Below, one piece after another: positions 58,114 to 64,000 of a DNA stretch of 64,000 nucleotides. Numbering within the stretch: the stretch's first letter is position 1; the number at the start of each line of letters is the position of its first letter. The stretch is from NCBI GenBank assembly GCA_038868975.1, contig JAWCSA010000002.1, forward strand, positions 8,059-72,058, written 5' to 3'. The notes beneath the pieces are model-generated. The model ran no database searches. It was not told the DNA's origin and saw nothing but the letters and a program-made list of their open reading frames with translations. Origin of the DNA: Nitrososphaerales archaeon. Its GTDB lineage: Archaea > Thermoproteota > Nitrososphaeria > Nitrososphaerales > UBA213. The translations under genes and the position numbers were made by a program.

Positions 58114-58389
58114 TTACTCCAGTCGCTTTATTATATGATATCCGAACTGCGTTTTTACTACGTCTGAGATCTGTCCCGTCTCCAGTGAAAAGGCCGCCTT
58201 CTCGAACTCTTTGACCATAACTCCCCTTCCAAAGTATCCAAGGTCTCCACCACGTTTTCTTGTGCCATCTAAGGAGTGCTGCTCTGCCAATTTGGCAAAG
58301 CTTTCTCCCTTCTTTATTCTGTCTAATATCTGCATTGCGTCACTGAATTTTGCTACAAGAATATGTGCGCATCTGATCTTGTTTGCCAT
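58114..58389 (-). CDS. Parvulin-type peptidyl-prolyl cis-trans isomerase
   Basis: CAHILV...GGDLGYFGRGVMVKEFEKAAFSL..GQISDVVKTQFGYHIIK. Start at MANKIR. Confidence 0.85.
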   Translation of the reverse strand: MANKIRCAHILVAKFSDAMQILDRIKKGESFAKLAEQHSLDGTRKRGGDLGYFGRGVMVKEFEKAAFSLETGQISDVVKTQFGYHIIKRLE

Positions 58390-58838
58390 GAAGATTGTGC
58401 GAAAGAGGTTGTTCATATGTTTTATTGATTAGCATAGGCCCCGCCACAAATCGATGGCAGGGCTGGGTAGATGCCAGTGCGTCCAGACCTTATTAGGTGG
58501 GACTAATTAGGTTAGCCTAATAGTCTTATTTAAACGCTATGCCAAGGTTCTGTTCATTCTTAGGGCGATAGAGTTGCTTCTTCAAAACTTGGTGATAGAC
58601 GTCATGTAGTTTTCTTGCTAGTTGTATTTGCTTGGTACACCGATCATTTCTTCAGCGGCTTGACCAACTTGTACTCATCAAAAGGACAACTATTTTGCGG
58701 TTTCTTATCCAACCTGTCCAGTTTGCCTTTCCAAGTATTCCGCTTGAGCTACCGTCATTCCTATATCCAACGCTCGTGATGAGGTCGTATTGTCTAGATT
58801 TATTATTAATATATCATCAGATTCAAAAAAAAGAGGGT

Positions 58839-59138
58839 TTATCTTTCTGGGTACAACGGATCTATTCTTATTGACAGGGGCAAGGGTTTGTCCTTCGGTA
58901 CCTCATACTTCCTGACGTCCTTGAGGTCCATTTCCAAGAATACATTCTTCTCTACTACCTTGATGAACTCTTTTGGGATATCCCAGCGCATGCCATCGGT
59001 ATCGGAAAATACCACAATGACACCGTCTGCTTCCCTTACTACATGTCCTATGTAAATCCTGTCCCTAACCATTGCACCCATGTTGAACAGGGTTCCTTCC
59101 CATGGCACATATCTCTTTGCTGTCTGTATTTGTTCCAT
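58839..59138 (-). CDS. Hypothetical protein
   Basis: 99-aa ORF with no motif recognised. Confidence 0.4.
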   Translation of the reverse strand: MEQIQTAKRYVPWEGTLFNMGAMVRDRIYIGHVVREADGVIVVFSDTDGMRWDIPKEFIKVVEKNVFLEMDLKDVRKYEVPKDKPLPLSIRIDPLYPER

Positions 59139-59448
59139 GAGATATATAGTGTGTATAAAACTAATAAAATTCTCTCAACATAGAATTTGATCTGTAGTAA
59201 TTGATTGTTATTAATTAACAAAGAACATGATTACTTTTTATGCATCATCATCTGTTCTGATCTGTGTCTTTTTTATCTTGTCCATTACCTCTTCTTTCCC
59301 CTCATGAAACTCAAAGGCTTCGTCCATCAGCCAGTCATACACGTCTTTAGGTGTCTTCTTATCAAGAACCATGTCTTTGCTTCTCGCATTCCATTATTAA
59401 AAATTTCGCGGCGCTACAGATTTAATCTTGCACACATTTCCCTTTGAT

Positions 59449-59925
59449 ATGGAGAGGCCAGAGAATATGGTTTCTGTGCTCTTCTCTGTGTGGGGTGCAG
59501 AAGAAGGGTTCATGAAGAGGGGCAGAGAAGGTATGCTTGTACTTACTAGCAACAGGGTGGCGTTTGTTTCCAAGACACGTATGAATATTACTTGGTGGCG
59601 TGATGAAGTTGATGCGCAGTTAAAACACTTTAGAAAGTCAAACAACACCATAAAGCTTAGTGCAGAATACACTATGGATAGGCTGATTAGGGATCTCAAT
59701 GATGAGATCAACCTGAATATACCGATAAAGCAGGTGATAAGTGTTGGAAGTGAAAAGAAGAACTGGGGCTCTGAAATGAAATTAAAGTTCCAATTGAATG
59801 ATAAGCCTAAAACATACAAGTTTGCTGTAGTAAGGGGATGGACCAACTACCCTGTAAAAGATCCTGTTGCATTCATAGATGTAGATTGGCAGCCATGGAT
59901 AAATGCTCTGAAATCATATATGTAA
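59449..59925 (+). CDS. Hypothetical protein, possibly bacterial-PH/GRAM-like
   Basis: EGMLVLTSNRVAFVSK resembles GRAM/bPH strand patterns. Start at ATG 59449. Confidence 0.4.
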   Translation: MERPENMVSVLFSVWGAEEGFMKRGREGMLVLTSNRVAFVSKTRMNITWWRDEVDAQLKHFRKSNNTIKLSAEYTMDRLIRDLNDEINLNIPIKQVISVGSEKKNWGSEMKLKFQLNDKPKTYKFAVVRGWTNYPVKDPVAFIDVDWQPWINALKSYM

Positions 59926-59976
59926 TGCCGTATACGATGTAATACATTTTTAAACCAATGAAAAACTGTGTATCAT

Positions 59977-60645
59977 ATGGGTAAGGTCTACGTTGTTGGC
60001 GTCGGCCCTGGATCTCCTGAATATATTACAGATAAAGCAAAGGAGATCATAAAAAAGTCCGATATAGTAATAGGTTACAAACATAGTTTAGATGTATTAA
60101 GAGGTTTGCTTGAGGGGAAGGACGTTAGGCAGATAACGTTGAAGACGCAGGAGGAAGTATTTGCTGATGTCGCCAAGAACATTGGTACAAAAATATGTTC
60201 AATCACTTTTACCGGTGACCCGGATTTTTCTGAATCAGAAATAGTTGATAGGTTAATAGAAATATTCGGTAATGTAGAAATCATACCAGGCATAAGTTCC
60301 ATACAAGTTGCCGCTTCAAAATCAAAAATGCCAATAGATAAGAGTGTACTTATCACATTTCATATTACTGGTAGCATAGAGAAGGAGAAGGGTATTTTGT
60401 TGAATGCTATAAGAGATCATAGGAACGTGATCATGCTCCCTAGACCGTGGGACTTTATGCCACAACAGGTAGCTCAGTTTCTGAAGGAGAATGGTATTGA
60501 CGTTGGCAAATTAAATGCCGATATCTATGAATTCCTTACATTGACGAATGAACGGGTTAGCAAAAGCAAGTTAAGCGATATAGAGAATAGGAAATATAGC
60601 GATTTGTGTGTGATGGTGATTTACTATCAGAAGCCCTTTTGTTAG
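59977..60645 (+). CDS. cbiE: Cobalt-precorrin-7 (C5)-methyltransferase / precorrin-6Y methylase subunit CbiE-like
   Basis: Tetrapyrrole methylase N-terminus VYVVGVGPGSPEYITDKAKEIIKKSDIVIGYK. Confidence 0.7.
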   Translation: MGKVYVVGVGPGSPEYITDKAKEIIKKSDIVIGYKHSLDVLRGLLEGKDVRQITLKTQEEVFADVAKNIGTKICSITFTGDPDFSESEIVDRLIEIFGNVEIIPGISSIQVAASKSKMPIDKSVLITFHITGSIEKEKGILLNAIRDHRNVIMLPRPWDFMPQQVAQFLKENGIDVGKLNADIYEFLTLTNERVSKSKLSDIENRKYSDLCVMVIYYQKPFC

Positions 60646-60648
60646 TGT

Positions 60649-61383
60649 TTATGCTATGCCCGGCGGCTCGCCCCGTTCCATTACATTTTCAAGGTAGGAC
60701 ATCTGCTGTTCCATGAACTTCTTCCTCTTCTCCTCTTCATCTAACTCGCTCATGCTAAATGGTTTGATGTCCAACATATTGACAAGGACCTTCAGTATAT
60801 TTTGGGCAGCCTTGGGTTGAACTATGTTTGGGTTATCCATTTCGCCCAAAATACAAACTGCATCTAGCCCGCGTTCCTTTGCGATGCCCAATACCAGCCC
60901 GTTAAACCCAGTAATCTGACCTTCTCCTTGAAGCGGTTCAACACCAAAGCTCCTCACATACTCTACCAAATGTTCATTGTTAACAGCGCCAAACACTCTC
61001 GGCTCCGCATTGCTTGCCTGCCTTAGAGCAGCTCCCATAGAATATAGTCTTTTGACCTTCATTCGCTCTGCTATATGAACCACCTCGTAACAGATCTCGT
61101 ACAATCTTCTTGGATCAGTGGGATTGAACTCCCCGCTAAATATCAACAGGTTCTCCTTCTCTAAATAATAGAATTTGTAACTAGATTGATTGTAATTGAT
61201 AACTCCATCTTTGTATGATACATATGGAGGCCAGTAAGAGTAGATTTCAGCGAAGAGCTTTGCATCAAGTTTCTTTATCAGGTAGCTAATGCCTATACCT
61301 GCAACGTTACCCATGTCAGGCAAGGCAACAACCATGTTTGGCGACTGTAATCTTGGTTCGATATGAATTTTTATTCCGAGCAT
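60649..61383 (-). CDS. PAC2-family (proteasome assembly chaperone-like) protein
   Basis: N-terminal PNMVVALPDMGNVAGIGISYLIKKL pattern, 244 aa. Confidence 0.55.
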   Translation of the reverse strand: MLGIKIHIEPRLQSPNMVVALPDMGNVAGIGISYLIKKLDAKLFAEIYSYWPPYVSYKDGVINYNQSSYKFYYLEKENLLIFSGEFNPTDPRRLYEICYEVVHIAERMKVKRLYSMGAALRQASNAEPRVFGAVNNEHLVEYVRSFGVEPLQGEGQITGFNGLVLGIAKERGLDAVCILGEMDNPNIVQPKAAQNILKVLVNMLDIKPFSMSELDEEEKRKKFMEQQMSYLENVMERGEPPGIA

Positions 61384-61418
61384 GAAATTCAGATGACAAA
61401 ACTCGCTTAAAAACCAAA

Positions 61419-61952
61419 CTATACTGTCTGAATCGTTTCTTGGAGCTTGAATGCCTCTATCATATAGAACTCTATAAAGGCGCCGGCAAGAAGAACCGCT
61501 GCGACTATTCCTAGTTCAATCACTGCTGGTTTCATCATTGGTCTAAGGCTCCTTCTTCTAACTATAGCGTTAATCAGTATGGTACTCTGCGACATTGCTA
61601 CTCCATATGAAAACATCTCCATAAAACCAAATGGTGTTGCTAGTATAGCTAATGGAGGGATGCCTGCGAGTTGGGGTGTTGTCTGTGTTAGTGCTTTGAA
61701 CACCATTCCAGTCGAATATGCAGAAATTATTCCAACGAAAACGCCAAACACAGGAATAAACATCGCGGCTGCAATACGGAAATTGTTCAGGAATATGCCA
61801 ATCGCATCAATGTCCTTCACTTGTTTTTCAAACTCTTCCTTCAACTGATTCGCATCTTCGTCGCTCATCTCCACGCTGGCCCCCATGGAGTATATGCCAA
61901 CAAAAACGGCAGCAGCGATCCCGACGTATGCAAGCCTTCTTCTCCTGCTCAT
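61419..61952 (-). CDS. SpoIIM/DUF95-like integral membrane protein
   Basis: FLNNFRIAAAMFIPVFGVFVGI block and about 5 TM segments. Confidence 0.5.
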   Translation of the reverse strand: MSRRRRLAYVGIAAAVFVGIYSMGASVEMSDEDANQLKEEFEKQVKDIDAIGIFLNNFRIAAAMFIPVFGVFVGIISAYSTGMVFKALTQTTPQLAGIPPLAILATPFGFMEMFSYGVAMSQSTILINAIVRRRSLRPMMKPAVIELGIVAAVLLAGAFIEFYMIEAFKLQETIQTV

Positions 61953-62006
61953 CCAGACGCATATAGATTGCTTCTTATTTCTATCTTCAGTTTCATTAGT
62001 TTCAAT

Positions 62007-63209
62007 TTAACTTACAAGTATAGCTGTAACAGCATCTTCCTTGAATACATTCTTCACCACAGATGGCTGCACCGCAAGTGAAATCTTCTTTGTCCTTCCA
62101 TACCTTCCATGGCTTATGACAGGGGCGGAGATGAGCCCCAAAGTATCAAGAGAACTTACTATCATGCCAACACGCCTTTGGGTAACTGGCTCGAGTCCAA
62201 CCTTCCTGCAAAACTCAACATATCTATTAAACACATCTCCAGTGGATCCGTTCTGCGAAACCATTACGCTGTACACTATCAGCTTTTCATGTATTGCTAA
62301 GGAACGTAATGCTTCGCTTGCCGTATCCTGTTCAATCTTCTTTTCTGCAATCCTCACATGTTTTTCGTCAACATAGTCAGCACCCTCACGCTCTGCAACA
62401 TCACCAGCCACTCGTAGCAGATCAACAGCCCTTCTTGCATCGCCGTGCTCTGAGCCTGCCATGGCAGCACATAGGTTGATAGCCGCTTCCTCTACAACAC
62501 CATCATGAAATCCGGCTCTTGCCCTTTCCATCAAAATCCCCTTTAACTCCTGAACTGTGTAAGGAGGAAAGACTATCTCCTCTTCACTAAGGCTGCTGAG
62601 AACCCTAGGATCCAGAAACTCCTTGAAGTTCAAGTCGTTGGAAATTCCAATTATACCTAGGGAGCCTTTCTTCAATCGAGAGTTTGCCCTAGTCATTTCA
62701 TACAATATCTTATCACCATGTCTCTTGACCAACTCGTCTATTTCGTCAAGTACGAATACGGTGTTTATATCACGGTCATTTATGAAAGTAAGTATCTTTG
62801 CGAACAGATCACCAGATGCAAGACCAGTAGGGGGCAACCTTAGTCCAATCTTGCTACCTAGTTGAACAAGTGCCGTATACTCCCTACTACTTTTCGTATT
62901 TGCATATGCCAGCTTGACAGTAACGTTTAACTTGGATGCGTGCTCCTCCAAGCGCTTTAGCACATGTGTTGCAACTGCTGTCTTGCCTGTACCAGGTTTC
63001 CCATACAGGAACAAATTAGAGGCCCTCGTTCCTTTTAGAAGTGGAGATAGGGCCTCGCCTACAGCCTTCATTTCGTTTTCCCTGTAGAGCAGGCGGTCTG
63101 GGATATAGTCAGACCGGAGCACATTTCTGTTTCTTATGAGAGGCTTACCGGAGACAGCTTTTGTAAAAACATCGTTAAGTATGTCTTCGCCCAAGTAATA
63201 CACCCACAC
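62007..63209 (-). CDS. cdc6: Orc1/Cdc6 replication initiator
   Basis: Walker A GKPGTGKTA, Walker B VFVLDEID, and a C-terminal winged helix. GTG or TTG start. Confidence 0.9.
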   Translation of the reverse strand: MWVYYLGEDILNDVFTKAVSGKPLIRNRNVLRSDYIPDRLLYRENEMKAVGEALSPLLKGTRASNLFLYGKPGTGKTAVATHVLKRLEEHASKLNVTVKLAYANTKSSREYTALVQLGSKIGLRLPPTGLASGDLFAKILTFINDRDINTVFVLDEIDELVKRHGDKILYEMTRANSRLKKGSLGIIGISNDLNFKEFLDPRVLSSLSEEEIVFPPYTVQELKGILMERARAGFHDGVVEEAAINLCAAMAGSEHGDARRAVDLLRVAGDVAEREGADYVDEKHVRIAEKKIEQDTASEALRSLAIHEKLIVYSVMVSQNGSTGDVFNRYVEFCRKVGLEPVTQRRVGMIVSSLDTLGLISAPVISHGRYGRTKKISLAVQPSVVKNVFKEDAVTAILVS

Positions 63210-63754
63210 CAGATCTTCTTTTGCAAGTAATTAAGATTAATTATGATGAAGAACATACTATTAGCTTATTGACTTATAACTAGCCAAATCAACAATTGTT
63301 ACTAAACGTGTTAATGTTAACTTTTATTTATGTACAATTACTAAGGCAGATAACATCCAGCGGATCGTCAGGTGTCCGCCTCAGTTTGAATACCGCCGCT
63401 TTATGGGCAAATATACCTGTTATCCGGGTAGTAACACTGCGTTAACAAGATGTTAACGAAATAGAGAAATAGGGAGAAAATGACGCTTTTACTTCCAGCA
63501 GCGCGTTAAGATGGTTGTTAACAGTGTTAATACACATCTTAACACACCTACATTTCCACTGGAACACACTTTTTGTCCCTTTTTAACACACCTACATTTC
63601 CACTGCATGTTAACATGTTAACATGGTGTACACAATCTCACAGAAGCTTAAGAATAACGATCAAGTATGTTAACACTTTCTTCATTATCAAGCTTAAGTG
63701 TTAAGCTGTTAATGATATAATGCCAATTTGGCGCGCAAAAAAATTAGGATAGAA
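63210..63754. other. Candidate replication origin (oriC) adjacent to orc1/cdc6
   Basis: A noncoding 545-bp block. It has an AT-rich stretch (about 63230..63350), ORB-like repeats and many GTTAAC-type motifs. Confidence 0.7.
63539..63605. repeat. Two perfect 23-bp direct repeats TTAACACACCTACATTTCCACTG (ORB-like)
   Basis: Copies at 63539..63561 and 63583..63605. The reverse complement contains (C)CAGTGGAAATG. Copy 1 carries the full palindromic TTCCACTGGAA core known from archaeal origin recognition boxes. Confidence 0.75.
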
Positions 63755-64000
63755 ATGGACGATGGAGAGGGCGGCAAGTACTCACTCTCCGTCGAAGGGA
63801 ATGTAACGCGTGAGAAGATCCTAAAGGTCTTTGAACTCATGCAGTTGCTAGATATGGAACAGGTAGCCGATAATGTAGACAACTCCAAATCTGTAGGTTC
63901 AAGGATCTGGTCTCTAGTTGAGAATAGGTTCAACTTTGGCGATTTTACCTCGTCAGACCTCCTTGAAGCATATGAGGATCAATACAACGAGCCAGTCAAA
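63755..64000 (+). CDS. Hypothetical protein, 5' part only (runs off the right edge)
   Basis: The frame is open from ATG 63755 to the window end: MDDGEGGKYSLSVEGNVTREKILKVFELMQLLDMEQV... It is absent from the track because no stop falls in the window. Confidence 0.4.
   Translation, partial: MDDGEGGKYSLSVEGNVTREKILKVFELMQLLDMEQVADNVDNSKSVGSRIWSLVENRFNFGDFTSSDLLEAYEDQYNEPVK

Noticed and set aside
58417-58838. A GC-richer patch (GGCCCCGCCACAAATCGATGGCAGGGCTGGG...) and the ATTAGG-ttag-CCTAAT hairpin, considered as a possible ncRNA (SRP RNA, RNase P RNA, C/D sRNA or tRNA).
   Set aside because: I could not recognise a T-loop, C/D boxes or conserved SRP or RNase P motifs by eye. A covariance-model scan would be needed.
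59238-59372. 44-aa minus-strand ORF (MVLDKKTPKDVYDWLMDEAFEFHEGKEEVMDKIKKTQIRTDDDA).
   Set aside because: Its composition is plausible, but it is short, has no motif and no clear promoter, so I did not list it as a feature.
63709-63933. 74-aa minus-strand ORF at the right edge.
   Set aside because: It overlaps a plus-strand frame that stays open from ATG 63755 to the window end and has a more protein-like, acidic composition. The minus ORF is Ser/Leu-rich and would start inside the origin region.
1-64000. Search for a CRISPR repeat-spacer array anywhere in the window.
   Set aside because: I found no regularly spaced 24 to 40 bp direct repeats. The only repeat families seen are the IS/MITE inverted repeats and the origin repeats.

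Overview
Archaeal chromosomal window, annotated by eye from the sequence and the ORF track; no searches or folding programs were run. The gene content is archaeal: A/V-type ATPase, Orc1/Cdc6 next to ORB-like repeats, aIF-1A, the archaeal pantoate-kinase route to CoA, thiolase plus DUF35, and a parvulin. It would fit a Thaumarchaeota/Nitrososphaerota-like lineage, but that cannot be proven here.

The left ~10.8 kb looks like an accessory or defence island.
- It starts with a Type I cas operon (cas6 then a Cst1/Cas8a1-like CXXC-CXXC gene) that runs off the left edge. No CRISPR array is visible.
- A 138-bp MITE-like element sits between the two cas genes.
- A run of decayed genes follows: a DEDDh exonuclease with an in-frame TAG, a SWIM-finger gene split over three frames, and a DUF1186/SEC-C gene with two stops and a frameshift.
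- Then come an AbiEi/AbiEii pair and an IS701-like IS. Its transposase is frameshifted and its right inverted repeat supplies the stop codon of coaBC.

The remaining ~53 kb is core genome.
- A four-gene overlapping CoA operon (pantoate kinase, phosphopantothenate synthetase, panB, coaBC).
- M1 aminopeptidase, Nudix, YjbQ, UbiB, Hsp20, a PPP phosphatase, and a tmk / HD-hydrolase / pyrH cluster.
- An ATPase cluster: E-A-B-D, a 41-aa ORF, then K-I, with C convergent.
- Divergent pyrI/pyrB and a class II RNR (nrdJ).
- Thiolase/DUF35, type IA topoisomerase, nitrilase, a rhomboid fused to an alpha-crystallin-like domain, aIF-1A, and an intron-containing tRNA-Leu.
- A CbbQ/NorQ-like AAA+ and VWA pair, parvulin, cbiE, PAC2, and orc1/cdc6 with an adjacent origin.

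The most interesting candidate is the 701-aa protein at 42936..45041. It combines a winged-HTH, an ATP-cone and a class III RNR (NrdD)-like body, and it ends right after the zinc ribbon with no glycyl-radical tail. It sits directly upstream of nrdJ. Related ACAAA(A)TTTGT palindromes lie upstream of both genes. I read it as a possible pseudo-RNR nucleotide-sensing regulator.
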